64,000 nt of DNA from Candidatus Dormiibacterota bacterium (GTDB taxonomy: Bacteria; Chloroflexota; Dormibacteria; Aeolococcales; Aeolococcaceae). Of this stretch, positions 26,048 to 36,019 are shown in pieces. The notes under the pieces were generated by a model that was not told the DNA's origin, did no database searches, and saw only the letters and a list, made by a program, of their open reading frames with translations. Location of the stretch: positions 66,109 through 130,108 of the forward strand of contig JBEPVD010000002.1 in assembly GCA_041691155.1 (NCBI GenBank). Direction: 5' to 3'. Every line of letters begins with the position of its first letter. Positions within the stretch are counted from its first letter, which is position 1. Made by a program: the position numbers and the translations under genes.

Positions 26048-27049
26048 GTGGCGACACACTCCGCCTACCTCGACGAGGTTCGCACCGACCTCTGGTCACG
26101 CGAGATCTTCACCTTCATCCCTGACCGTGATCTCCCAGCGCCTCCGGACACGATCACGCCCGGCGATGGCCCCCGGGTTGCCTTTGCGGGATTCCCTTCG
26201 GACTTCAGCCTCGCGTTCCTGCTTCGCCTCCTCCAGCTCGATGTCAAGCCGGTCGGGATCATCACGTCCCCCGGCGCGCACCCGTCCATCCTCGGCGACA
26301 ACGCCTTGAGCCGCATCGCCGACCATCTGAGCATCCCGCTGATCCGCGCCTGGCGGATCAACGACGAGCACTCCCGGTTCGAGCTCGACGAGCTCAGGCT
26401 CGACGGTGTGGTCATGGCCAGCTTCGATCAGATCGTCGGGCCTCGTGCGCTGGCCCTCGCCAAGCATGGCTGGCTGAACGTGCATCCCAGCCTCCTTCCC
26501 GCCTATCGCGGTCCCGAGCCGGTGTACTGGGCTATCGCCGACGGCGTCGCGGTCACGGGCATCAGCCTCCATCGAGCGGCGCCGAAAGTTGACGCCGGGA
26601 ACCTCCTCGCACAGGCACGTCTGCCGATTCTCCCGACCGACACGGCCGGAACCCTGACACGCCGCCTGGTGGAGGTCGGTGTCGACCTGCTACCCGAAGC
26701 CGTGGCGGGATTGCTGGGCGACTCCGCAGGCATCACGATGGACATGGCCAACTCCTCCTACCGGAGCTCCGTGGGGCACCGTTCACTGGAAGAGGCGGAG
26801 TCGGCGATCGACGCTGAAAGGATGGTGCGTGCCGGAGCGCCGAACATGCTGCCCTGGGTGATGCGTGACGGTCGCGCCGTGTACGTCAAAGCGGCCCGGG
26901 TCGAGCCCCATACCGAGCACACCAACGGTTCCGTCATGCATTTCGGCGACGAGGATCTGGTGCTCCTCGAGGAGATGGACACGTGCGGCTGCCACCACAA
27001 CACCAATGACTGCGCGCACCGGCGGTCGCAGACGGTGACGGGTCGATGA
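26048..27049 (+). CDS. formyltransferase family protein (Fmt-like) with a Cys/His-rich C-terminal tail
   Basis: WLNVHPSLLPAYRGPEPVYWAI is the formyl_trans_N signature. GTG 26048 lies 1 nt after the mutY stop. Tail MDTCGCHHNTNDCAH. Confidence 0.75.
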   Translation: MATHSAYLDEVRTDLWSREIFTFIPDRDLPAPPDTITPGDGPRVAFAGFPSDFSLAFLLRLLQLDVKPVGIITSPGAHPSILGDNALSRIADHLSIPLIRAWRINDEHSRFELDELRLDGVVMASFDQIVGPRALALAKHGWLNVHPSLLPAYRGPEPVYWAIADGVAVTGISLHRAAPKVDAGNLLAQARLPILPTDTAGTLTRRLVEVGVDLLPEAVAGLLGDSAGITMDMANSSYRSSVGHRSLEEAESAIDAERMVRAGAPNMLPWVMRDGRAVYVKAARVEPHTEHTNGSVMHFGDEDLVLLEEMDTCGCHHNTNDCAHRRSQTVTGR

Positions 27050-27104
27050 AGGGAGTGCGCTGAAATCCGTTCGCGCAAAGCCCCGCGGGTATGATCCAGC
27101 TCTC

Positions 27105-27551
27105 ATGGCCGAAAAGGACGCACCCGCCGTTCTCGTCGTCGAGGATGACGATGCCATCCGCGGTTTTCTGACGTCGGCCCTCGAAGCCGGTGGCTTCGCG
27201 GCTCGCGGCGTGCGGACTGGAGAGGAAGCCCTGACCGTCCTGCGTGACAGCCCGGTGGCGGTCATCCTGATCGACGGCATCCTGCCCGACATGCACGGCA
27301 TCCGCCTTGCACGCGGCATTCTCGAGGACGGGGCGTTCGAGACCCTGGCAATCAGCTTCGTGACGGGCGCGATCAGGTCGGGGCGCGTCGCCGCAGCCGG
27401 TGTCGGGGCCCTCAGCAAGCCGCTTCGGGCCCGCGACCTGACCGACGCGGTCCAGTCGCTCCTCGAATGGCGCGACGGCGGAGGCAGCCCGGTCGCGGCG
27501 AGGATCGCCTCAGTCGACCGCCTCGAGCAGCTGTTCCTCGTTGGAGCCTGA
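27105..27551 (+). CDS. single-domain response regulator (receiver only)
   Basis: VLVVEDDDAIRGFL...VAVILIDGILPDMHG...ALSKP. No output domain. Confidence 0.8.
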   Translation: MAEKDAPAVLVVEDDDAIRGFLTSALEAGGFAARGVRTGEEALTVLRDSPVAVILIDGILPDMHGIRLARGILEDGAFETLAISFVTGAIRSGRVAAAGVGALSKPLRARDLTDAVQSLLEWRDGGGSPVAARIASVDRLEQLFLVGA

Positions 27552-27595
27552 CCGGTGACATCGCCCATTCGAAGCGCAAGGAGGACGACCAATCG

Positions 27596-28009
27596 ATGAG
27601 TGAGCCCCGGACCATCTCGATCCTTCCCTGGCAGGTCTCGCTCACCGAGTTCACGCAGAAGGCGGGCGAGGTCGGTGACGACGGCTCTTGCTGCGTGTTC
27701 GTCGTCGACCCGTCCATCCCGCAGGCAGCACGCGGCGGCTACGCCTCGCTGGTCATGGCGTATTCACGTGCCGATGAGCCCGTCTGCGTGCTCGACGATG
27801 GCGCGGCACTGGTGCTGGTGCGCGACGGGGGCCTCCCCTCAGCACATGCGCTCGCCCAGCGAGTGCTCGCGCAGATGCGCCGGCTCGCACTTGACCTGAC
27901 GCTGACCGCCGGAGTATCGCTGCTCGGCCGCGATCCGAAAGCAGCGGTGACCGCGGCGCGCACAGCCGCAGAGTCCGTCGCCGCGGGGCAGGTGGGGACC
28001 GCCTCCTAG
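27596..28009 (+). CDS. hypothetical protein resembling a shortened, degenerate GGDEF domain
   Basis: ATG 27596 has AAGGAGGA 11 nt upstream. CVFVVD..., VCVLDDGAALVLV occupies the place of R-x-GGDEF-x-x-L, and LTLTAGVSLL...AARTAAESVAAG follows. Confidence 0.5.
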   Translation: MSEPRTISILPWQVSLTEFTQKAGEVGDDGSCCVFVVDPSIPQAARGGYASLVMAYSRADEPVCVLDDGAALVLVRDGGLPSAHALAQRVLAQMRRLALDLTLTAGVSLLGRDPKAAVTAARTAAESVAAGQVGTAS

Positions 28010-29853
28010 GGCTCTGGCCCGCCGCGGTTGAGAGCCGCGGCGATCTTGCGCGGCAGCGGATCGCGTCGCAGCTGCTCAAGGGTGCGCGGGAGCGGTATCG
28101 ACCAGTTCGCACGCTCGACCACCCCGGGCAGGTTCGGCCGTCGCTTCGCGAGGCTGGCGTCGTCCAGGGTCGCGACCAGCAACCGGCTCGGTGCCTCGCC
28201 CAACGCCTGGTAGGCACGTTCCACCACGAGCGCCGCAGGGTCGCCCTCGACGACGCCGGCAAAACGTTGGAGCCGGCGGCGCACCCCGAGTTCGGCCGCG
28301 CGATTCACCGGCCGGCCGGACGATTCCATCTCGAGAAGATCCGCACCCGACCAGACACCCGCCGCGGTGGGCAGATCGTGGGTCGTCAGGGCCGCCAGAG
28401 CTTGCACCGGGAAATGCCTCGGCGCTTCGGCCTCAAACCAGGCGAGCCGGTACGAGAGGAGGCCGCGGCGTCGCAGTTCCGGTCGAACGCCGGCCTCGAC
28501 CGTGCCCAGGTCCTCCCCGATCACGCCGCATCCGGCCCGCACGCTTTCAAGCGCGAGGATGTCGAGCAACTCACTCGCCGGATACCGAACGTAGGCGCCT
28601 TTGGACGGATCGTCAGCGGTCAGCGGCACCCACCAGAGCCGGAACAGCCCCATCACGTGATCGATGCGGAGGCCGAGCCCGGCTCCCATCATCCTGCGCA
28701 TCGTTGCGACCAGAGGCGCGTATGCGGCCGCGCGGAGTCGCCCGGGATCGAACGGCGGCACGCCCCAGTCCTGACCGGCCGGGTTGAAGTCGTCCGATGG
28801 CGCGCCGACCCGAGCTCCTGGGGCGACTTCGTCCTGCCACAGCCAGGCATCGGCGCCATCAGGAGCGAACCCGATGGCCAGGTCGTGGACCAGCGGAAGC
28901 TCACGACCGGCGCGCGCCAACTGGATGTCGAGCGACCACTGCACCCAGCGATGGAAGTCGACGCGAGCGCGATCGCTCTTCAGGAGCGCCCGTACCGCCG
29001 GGCCGTCAGCCCGCCGGTACCGTGCCGGCCACGCGGTCCACGAGCCCGGATACCGCTCCGCCAGCAAGCAGAAGCAGGCGTAGCGCTCGAGTAAGGCGCC
29101 TTCGACGGCGACATAGGCGTCGAACGCCGCGTCTCCGCGAAAGCGCGACCAGAGCGACTCCAGCGCCTGCTGCTTCAGGGGCAGGATCCGGTTGCGGTCG
29201 ACCAGCGGCGCGTTGCGCAGACGCTCGGCGTCGCGCTGCAGGCGTCGAACCAGCGGATCCTCATCCGCGCCCGGCATCGCCTCGATCCGCAAGTAGAGCG
29301 GGTTCCTGAAGAGCCGGCTCGAGGGAAAGTACGGGCTCGGCTCCGAAGGGACGCCGGGATGCACCGCATGCAGCGGGTTCACCAGCATCAGGGCGGCCCC
29401 GTTGCGCCTCGACCATGTCCCGAGAGCACGGAGGTCGCCGAGATCGCCGATGCCCCAGCCGTCGCGAGAACGCACCGCGTAGAGCTGTGCGGCCCACCCC
29501 CATCCACGCAGCGTGTCAGGAAGTGCGCAGCGTCCGGGGCTCGTGATCAACGGCACCCGGCTCCCGTCACGCATGACCATTCGGTGGTAACCGCACGGGA
29601 CGCCGCGCGCCAGGGTCCGACCACCGGGGGCCTCGCCGCCGTCCTCGAGCTCGATGCTTCGGACCCCGAGGGGGAGGGTTCCCCCCGGGCCCACGAACGC
29701 GGGAGTAGGTGCGTGGCTGTCGCTGCCACGCATGCAGGCTTCGACCGCTCGCACGTCAGCATCCGCGACCTTGCGGCGCGTGCCCACCGCGTCCACGTAC
29801 TCTCTCTGGACGCCCCACCCGGGCTGACCGCCCCGGCGCGTGATGCCGGTCAC
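28006..29853 (-). CDS. malQ: 4-alpha-glucanotransferase (amylomaltase)
   Basis: YFPSSRLFRNPLYL, GLRIDHVMGLFRLWWVP, VIGEDLGTV and THDLPT. Confidence 0.9.
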   Translation of the reverse strand: MTGITRRGGQPGWGVQREYVDAVGTRRKVADADVRAVEACMRGSDSHAPTPAFVGPGGTLPLGVRSIELEDGGEAPGGRTLARGVPCGYHRMVMRDGSRVPLITSPGRCALPDTLRGWGWAAQLYAVRSRDGWGIGDLGDLRALGTWSRRNGAALMLVNPLHAVHPGVPSEPSPYFPSSRLFRNPLYLRIEAMPGADEDPLVRRLQRDAERLRNAPLVDRNRILPLKQQALESLWSRFRGDAAFDAYVAVEGALLERYACFCLLAERYPGSWTAWPARYRRADGPAVRALLKSDRARVDFHRWVQWSLDIQLARAGRELPLVHDLAIGFAPDGADAWLWQDEVAPGARVGAPSDDFNPAGQDWGVPPFDPGRLRAAAYAPLVATMRRMMGAGLGLRIDHVMGLFRLWWVPLTADDPSKGAYVRYPASELLDILALESVRAGCGVIGEDLGTVEAGVRPELRRRGLLSYRLAWFEAEAPRHFPVQALAALTTHDLPTAAGVWSGADLLEMESSGRPVNRAAELGVRRRLQRFAGVVEGDPAALVVERAYQALGEAPSRLLVATLDDASLAKRRPNLPGVVERANWSIPLPRTLEQLRRDPLPRKIAAALNRGGPEP

Positions 29854-29888
29854 GCGGGGTATCCAAAGTCAGCGAACTGAATGGAGCC

Positions 29889-32033
29889 ATGACCGTTCCC
29901 GAGATTCCCACCATGGGACGCACGCCCGGCACCCGACCCGCGTGGCCGGGATCGGATGCGCCGCTGGGCGCAACCTGGGACGGATCGGGCACGAATTTCG
30001 CGATCTTCTCGGAGAGCGCCGAGGCCGTCGATCTGGTGCTCTTCGACGAGCGCGGCGCCGAGGTGGCGACCCATCCGCTGATCGAACGAACGGATCTGGT
30101 ATGGCACGGCTACATCGCGAACGTCGGACCAGGACAGCGCTACGGCTTTCGCGTCCACGGCCGTTACGCGCCCCACGAAGGCCTGCGCCATAACGCGGCC
30201 AAGCTGTTGCTCGACCCCTACGCGCGCGCCATCGCCGGGCGCTTCCGCCACGGCCGATCGTTGTTCGGGTACCGGCTCGGCAGCGACGACATGCGCATGA
30301 GCGGCGTCGACTCGGCGCAGGCGATGCCGCGATGCGTCGTGGTCGACCAATCGTTTCCCTGGGGTGACGACCGCCGTCCCAACACGCCGTGGTCGGACAC
30401 GATCATCTACGAGCTGCACGTCAAAGGATTCACCAAGCGCCACCCGGACATCCCCGAGTCGCTGCGCGGCACCTACGCCGGCCTCGCTCATCCGGCCGCG
30501 ATCGAACACCTGACGCGGGTCGGTGTGACCGCGGTCGAGTTGATGCCCGTGCATCACTTCTTTGATTCCGCCCAACTGGTGGAACGCAACCTCGTCAATT
30601 TCTGGGGCTACGACTCGATCGGCTACTTCGCTCCCGAGGGTCGATATTCGTCGTCCGGGACCAACGGTGAGCAGGTGCGCGAATTCAAGGCGATGGTGCG
30701 GGCGTTGCATGCCGCCGGTCTGGAGGTCATCCTCGACGTCGTCTACAATCACACCGGCGAAGGCAACCACCTCGGGCCGACGCTCAGCTTTCGCGGCATC
30801 GACAACGCGGCGTACTACCGGCTGAATGATGAGGATCCTCGCTTTTATTTCGACGTGACCGGGACGGGGAACAGTCTCAACGTTCGCAACCCGCACACGT
30901 TGCAGCTGATCATGGACAGCCTTCGGTACTGGGTCATCGAGATGCATGTGGACGGGTTTCGCTTCGATCTCGCATCGGCGCTGGCTCGGCAGTTTTACGA
31001 CGTCGACCGGCTCTCCGCATTCTTCGACATCATCCATCAGGATCCAGTGCTATCGCGCGTCAAACTCGTCGCCGAACCGTGGGATGTCGGAGCGGGCGGA
31101 TACCAGGTCGGCAATTTCCCGGTTCGCTGGGCCGAGTGGAACGGCGCCTTCCGCGACACCGTGCGCGACTTCTGGCGCGGCGCCACCGGCATCCGCGACC
31201 TCGCGTACCGGCTCACAGGATCCAGCGACCTGTATCAGGGCGACGGGCGCCAGCCGTCGGCGAGCGTCAACTTCGTCACCGCCCACGACGGATTCACGCT
31301 GTCCGATCTCGTGGCCTACAACGAGAAACACAATCTCGACAACGGTGAGGACAACCACGACGGCAGCGACGACAACCGCTCCTGGAACTGTGGCGCCGAA
31401 GGCGACAGCGATGACCCCTCAGTGCTCGAGCTGCGGACCCGGCAGCGCCGCAACCTCATCGCGACGGTGCTGCTCTCGGAAGGCTCGCCGATGCTGCTCG
31501 CCGGCGATGAAGTCGGCCGCACACAACACGGCAACAACAACGCGTACTGCCAGGACAACGACGTCTCATGGCTCGATTGGGAACACCTCGACCACTCGAT
31601 GCTCGCCTTCGTGGCGAAGATCGTCGCCTTGCGTCGCAGCGACCCCGTGTTGCGGCGGCGGCACTTCTTCTCCGGTCAGGCGATTCACGGATCGGGCCGC
31701 AAGGACATCGGCTGGTTCCTGCCGTCCGGACGCGAGGTGAGCGATCAGGAGTGGTTCGACGAGGGCCAGCGATCGCTGGGGATGATTCTCAACGGCGACG
31801 AGATCCCTGACCGCGACCCTCGCGGCCGGCGAATCCGGGGTGGGACGCTGATGGTGCTCCTGCATGCTGGGGACGAGCCCGTCGAATGGGTGATACCGAG
31901 CGGCTGGGGCGAACTCTGGTCGGTGTATGTCGATACTGCGGACCGCGACGTCACCACATCGACGCGTCATCACTACCCGGGCGAACAGGTCGCCGTCGCG
32001 GCTCGCTCGCTGGTAGCGCTGCTTCGCGTCTGA
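29889..32033 (+). CDS. glgX: glycogen debranching enzyme GlgX
   Basis: [51 protein letters not shown] and [11 protein letters not shown]. Confidence 0.93.
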   Translation: MTVPEIPTMGRTPGTRPAWPGSDAPLGATWDGSGTNFAIFSESAEAVDLVLFDERGAEVATHPLIERTDLVWHGYIANVGPGQRYGFRVHGRYAPHEGLRHNAAKLLLDPYARAIAGRFRHGRSLFGYRLGSDDMRMSGVDSAQAMPRCVVVDQSFPWGDDRRPNTPWSDTIIYELHVKGFTKRHPDIPESLRGTYAGLAHPAAIEHLTRVGVTAVELMPVHHFFDSAQLVERNLVNFWGYDSIGYFAPEGRYSSSGTNGEQVREFKAMVRALHAAGLEVILDVVYNHTGEGNHLGPTLSFRGIDNAAYYRLNDEDPRFYFDVTGTGNSLNVRNPHTLQLIMDSLRYWVIEMHVDGFRFDLASALARQFYDVDRLSAFFDIIHQDPVLSRVKLVAEPWDVGAGGYQVGNFPVRWAEWNGAFRDTVRDFWRGATGIRDLAYRLTGSSDLYQGDGRQPSASVNFVTAHDGFTLSDLVAYNEKHNLDNGEDNHDGSDDNRSWNCGAEGDSDDPSVLELRTRQRRNLIATVLLSEGSPMLLAGDEVGRTQHGNNNAYCQDNDVSWLDWEHLDHSMLAFVAKIVALRRSDPVLRRRHFFSGQAIHGSGRKDIGWFLPSGREVSDQEWFDEGQRSLGMILNGDEIPDRDPRGRRIRGGTLMVLLHAGDEPVEWVIPSGWGELWSVYVDTADRDVTTSTRHHYPGEQVAVAARSLVALLRV

Positions 32034-32036
32034 CTC

Positions 32037-33140
32037 TCAGGGGGCCGGAGACCGCCGCCACTCCTGGTGGTCAGCCACCGTCGACCGTTCCATCGCGCGC
32101 GATGCGACCTTGAGCCAGTCGGGGGCGCGTTGCCCGATGTCCTTGCGCACTGCGACGACACGCGGCGCGCCCGAGCCGATGTGCACGTTGGCGGTCTCCG
32201 CACCCATGGCATGCAGCAACTCGGTCTGCTCCCTTACGAGGCGCGCGACGGTGAATTCGATGCGACTGCAGTCCGGCGCGAGGCGTCGCACCACCCACCG
32301 ACCTCGCACCTCGAGGAACGGATCGCGACAGCGGATCGCGCGTCGCACGATCGCCGGATAGTGGATCGGCATGGCGCCCTTGTCCCCTGCCGCCCACGCG
32401 GCGCCGGACGCCACAAGCTCCTTTGCCTCACGCGCAATCCAGCCGCCCGAGTGCTCGGCAACTGCGACGATCCTCGGATGGCCGAGACTGCCGAGTCCGG
32501 TGCGCCGTGTCACGTAGCGCGGCTGCTCAGCGCCGCGCATCTCGCGCTGCAGCAACGACATCGCCTCCGGGAGGGGGCGCCGCGCCGTGGGGAGGTCGAT
32601 CATCTTCGTCCAGAACGCCTCGGGAGCTCGCAGCTCCGACTGCGCGTCGCGGCGCAGCACGGGATGCTCCTCGGCAAGCACGAACGGACGGCCTCCGCTG
32701 TCGAGGTAACTTCGGTATCCATCGAGAAGCGCATTGCATGCCGCGCGCGGTGTGAGGATGAGCGTTCCAGCGGTGATGGCAAGGCGTGCCGATGTCGCGA
32801 GCCGGACAAGATCGGCCGTGTACGCCATGGGAAAAGCCTCGTCAAAGTCGTTGATGCCCCACACCAGCCGCCCTTCGGTGTCGCGCCATGTCCCGAAGTT
32901 CTCCGTGTGGAGATCACCGACCGCGAGCACCTTCGGCGCCGCGGCAAGATCGGGGCAGATTTTCTCCCATGTCTGCACCCAGCGATAGAACGTGGCGCGG
33001 AGGAACGCAAACGGTGTGAGCGCCATCTGCTGGTGCTTGAAGACGATGTCGGCTCGAACCAGCGGCACCTGGCGGCCGATCCAAGTTTCGTAGCTCCGAG
33101 TTGCTGTCAGGATCGACGCAAGCGGCGAAGTTCGCGGCAT
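32037..33140 (-). CDS. DUF2252 domain-containing protein
   Basis: TPFAFLRATFYRW and VGDLHTENFGTWRD...WGINDFDEA. ATG 33138-33140 lies inside the longer ORF. Confidence 0.8.
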   Translation of the reverse strand: MPRTSPLASILTATRSYETWIGRQVPLVRADIVFKHQQMALTPFAFLRATFYRWVQTWEKICPDLAAAPKVLAVGDLHTENFGTWRDTEGRLVWGINDFDEAFPMAYTADLVRLATSARLAITAGTLILTPRAACNALLDGYRSYLDSGGRPFVLAEEHPVLRRDAQSELRAPEAFWTKMIDLPTARRPLPEAMSLLQREMRGAEQPRYVTRRTGLGSLGHPRIVAVAEHSGGWIAREAKELVASGAAWAAGDKGAMPIHYPAIVRRAIRCRDPFLEVRGRWVVRRLAPDCSRIEFTVARLVREQTELLHAMGAETANVHIGSGAPRVVAVRKDIGQRAPDWLKVASRAMERSTVADHQEWRRSPAP

Positions 33141-33149
33141 GATCTCGCG

Positions 33150-34331
33150 ATGTTCGCTCAGCTGACCATTCTTGTGCTCGCGGGGCTTGCAGGACCATTG
33201 CTGGCGTTCGGCCGCCGCGGACTGGTTCCGGTCGTGATCGGCGAGCTGCTTGCGGGATTTGTACTCGGCCGCACGGGCTTCGGCGTGATCACGTCGTCGG
33301 CGCAACCGCTGCCGGTGCTCAGCGCTCTCGGCTTCGCCATGCTGATGTTCACCGCTGGGACGCATGTGGACATCGGCTCACCGGCAATCCGTCAAGGGTT
33401 CGCGCGAGGATTGCTGGCGCTGGCCGTGGTCGCGGTGACCGCGGTGCCGCTCGCGTTGCTCCTCGACCACGCACTAGCCGTCGGCCATCCGGCGCTGCTC
33501 GCCGTCATCGTCACCGGCAGCTCCGCGGCTATCGCGTTCCCCATCATCGAGGAGCGCAAGCTCGCCGGCCCGAACGTGGCCTTTCTCATCGCGTGGGTGG
33601 CGCTCGCGGACTCCGTGACCGTGGTGATCATGCCGCTCACGATCGCCAAATCCGGAAGCCCGCTTGAGGCGATCGGCGGCGACGCGGCGGTCATCGCCGC
33701 CGGTGGCCTGATCATGGTCGCCGCGTCCAAGGCACGCGGCATCCGGTTCGTGACCGACTTCCACGACGAGTCCCTGCAACGAGGGTGGGCCTGGCAGGTG
33801 CGTATCTCGCTGGTGATGCTGCTCGGACTTTCGGCAATCGCTCAGCAGACCGGGGCGAGCACGCTGGTCGCCGGTTTCCTGGCCGGGACGATTCTCGTCA
33901 GGTTGCACGAGTCAGACCGGCTCGCGCTGCAGTTCACCGGCGTCGCCAATGGCTTCTTCGTGCCTCTTTTCTTTGTGCTGCTCGGGGCGGAGCTCAACCT
34001 TCGCGCCATGCTCAGTTCCCCTTCACGCATCCTGCTGGCGATCGGACTCGCGGTGGCGGCGGTCATCACGCACACGATCGCCGCGCGCGTCGCCGGCCAC
34101 GCGCGGTACATCGCAACCGGTCTCGCCGCGTCAGCGCAGTTGGGGATGCCGGCGGCGGCGGCGAGTCTGGGTCTCGCATCAGGATTGCTCACGGCCGCTG
34201 ACGCGGCGGCGCTGGTGGCGGGTGGCGTGCTCACGCTCATCCCTGCGACGATCGGATCGCTGCTGCTCGCCAAAGGCCAGCCGGCGCCTGCGGCACCTTC
34301 CCCCGCTAGGAGACGCGCCAGGCCGGCCTGA
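33150..34331 (+). CDS. cation:proton antiporter (CPA family)
   Basis: MFAQLTILVLAGLAGPLLAFGRRGLVPVVIGELLAGFVLG, then about 11 hydrophobic segments. ATG 33150 is in frame within the 32067..34331 ORF. Confidence 0.85.
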   Translation: MFAQLTILVLAGLAGPLLAFGRRGLVPVVIGELLAGFVLGRTGFGVITSSAQPLPVLSALGFAMLMFTAGTHVDIGSPAIRQGFARGLLALAVVAVTAVPLALLLDHALAVGHPALLAVIVTGSSAAIAFPIIEERKLAGPNVAFLIAWVALADSVTVVIMPLTIAKSGSPLEAIGGDAAVIAAGGLIMVAASKARGIRFVTDFHDESLQRGWAWQVRISLVMLLGLSAIAQQTGASTLVAGFLAGTILVRLHESDRLALQFTGVANGFFVPLFFVLLGAELNLRAMLSSPSRILLAIGLAVAAVITHTIAARVAGHARYIATGLAASAQLGMPAAAASLGLASGLLTAADAAALVAGGVLTLIPATIGSLLLAKGQPAPAAPSPARRRARPA

Positions 34332-34481
34332 TCAGGTGCCTTCGCGCGACCGGCGGCCGGCTTCGTCGGCGCGGTCCCGCTCCAACTTCTCGGACTGGTC
34401 TTTCTTCCGGCGGTCGTCTGCCTGATCCTGCTCGTGGCTCGCTTCGTCTTCAGGCTTGGGTTTCAGCGGCTGATTTGTCAT
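34332..34481 (-). CDS. small highly charged hypothetical protein (49 aa)
   Basis: MTNQPLKPKPEDEASHEQDQADDRRKKDQSEKLERDRADEAGRRSREGT. High GC3, weak RBS (GTGAG). Below the length cutoff of the ORF track. Confidence 0.3.
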   Translation of the reverse strand: MTNQPLKPKPEDEASHEQDQADDRRKKDQSEKLERDRADEAGRRSREGT

Positions 34482-34576
34482 CTCACGGTCAGCATAGGCC
34501 ACTCGGCAGCGCGCCGCCCCAAAGGTCCTGGGGCTGCGGTTTGCATTCTGTCTAACGCTGTGCGATTATTCGATCC

Positions 34577-35185
34577 ATGTTAGTTATCTCGACGCGTGAT
34601 AGGCGCGCTGAGCGCCGCGAGGCGGTCATGACCGAGATCCTCGACGCCGCATGGGACCTCGTCCGCGCCGAAGGGCTCGCCGGCCTGTCCCTGCGTGATG
34701 TCGCCGCCCGGATCGGCATGCGCCCGCCATCGCTCTACTGGTACTTCGATTCGAAGCGCGCCATCTACGACGCCATGTTCATTCAGGGCAACCAGCAACT
34801 GCTGGCGCGGATCGCGGAGGAGCACTGGCCGAGCGACCCACGCGACATGTTGCGCGTCTGTGCGCGCCGCTTCGTGGAGTTCAGCGCCGAGGACGTGCAG
34901 CGTTATCAGTTGCTCTTCCAACGCACCATCCCGAACTTCGAACCATCGGCGGAGGCGTATGCAACCGCAGTTCAAGTGGTGGTTGAGATGCGCACGCTCC
35001 TCGCGGCCGTCGGCGTGCGCGACGACCCGGCGTTTGACGTGTGGACTGCGCTCGTCAGTGGGCTCGCGGCACAGCAGATCGCCAACGATCCAGGCGGCGA
35101 TCGGTGGCTGCGCCTCATCGACGACGTGGTCGACATGTACATGGACAGCATCATCGGTACGCCAAGGGAAAGGAAGGACCCATGA
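34577..35185 (+). CDS. TetR/AcrR family transcriptional regulator
   Basis: HTH LSLRDVAARIGMRPPSLYWYFDSKRAIY. Confidence 0.88.
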   Translation: MLVISTRDRRAERREAVMTEILDAAWDLVRAEGLAGLSLRDVAARIGMRPPSLYWYFDSKRAIYDAMFIQGNQQLLARIAEEHWPSDPRDMLRVCARRFVEFSAEDVQRYQLLFQRTIPNFEPSAEAYATAVQVVVEMRTLLAAVGVRDDPAFDVWTALVSGLAAQQIANDPGGDRWLRLIDDVVDMYMDSIIGTPRERKDP

Positions 35186-35961
35186 CCACCACTACGATCG
35201 CCGCGACGCCGACGTCAGCCGTGCTGGACGTCGCCGCCATCCCGAAGCTCGGCCATGCAGAAGCGATGGTCCTTGCTGCGGCGGAGTTCCAGCACATGAG
35301 CACGTTGCTCGCAGCGCTGGAGCCGGATGATTGGAAACGACCGACGGTCTGCGGACTCTGGGATGTGCGGGCGATGGTCGCCCATGTCGTGGGCATGGCC
35401 GATGCGCAGGCGTCGTTCCGCCAGTTTCTGCACGACTTTCGCTCCGCGCGCCAGCGCACCGGTGGCGCGATGATCGATGCGTTGAACGCCACGCAGGTCC
35501 GCGAGCGCACCGGAATGACCACCGTGCAATTGATGGATCGCCTCGTCAAAATCGCACCGAAAGCGGTGCGCGCTCGGCGTCGCACCCCGGCGCCGATGCG
35601 CAGCATCGTGCGCTTCAAGCAGGACCCGCCTTTCGACGTCGAGCGCTGGCAATACGGATTCCTGGTCGACACCATCTTCACGCGTGACACGTGGATGCAC
35701 CGACTCGACATCTCTCGCGCAACCGGACGTGACATGGTCGTAAGCCCCGTGCACGATGGCCGCTTGGTTGCCGGTGTCGTGGCCGAGTGGGCGCAGCGTC
35801 ACGGCAGGTCGTTCAAGCTCACGCTGACCGGGCCCGCAGGCGGCCGCTGGCAGGCATCCGATGATGGCGAGGTGATTGAAATCGACGCCTTGGAGTTCTG
35901 CTGGACGATCGCAGGGCGTGCTCCCGGAAGCGGCCTGCTGGCGACGCCCGTCCCGTTCTGA
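35182..35961 (+). CDS. maleylpyruvate isomerase family mycothiol-dependent enzyme (DinB-like)
   Basis: ATGA overlap with the tetR stop. WKRPTVCGLWDVRAMVAHVVGMAD matches the MDMPI N-terminal domain. Confidence 0.78.
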   Translation: MTTTTIAATPTSAVLDVAAIPKLGHAEAMVLAAAEFQHMSTLLAALEPDDWKRPTVCGLWDVRAMVAHVVGMADAQASFRQFLHDFRSARQRTGGAMIDALNATQVRERTGMTTVQLMDRLVKIAPKAVRARRRTPAPMRSIVRFKQDPPFDVERWQYGFLVDTIFTRDTWMHRLDISRATGRDMVVSPVHDGRLVAGVVAEWAQRHGRSFKLTLTGPAGGRWQASDDGEVIEIDALEFCWTIAGRAPGSGLLATPVPF

Positions 35962-36019
35962 CGCGGCGGCGTGCGCCGAAAAGGACCGCTTCGACGGCAC
36001 CTGTTGCATCATCGAGCCC

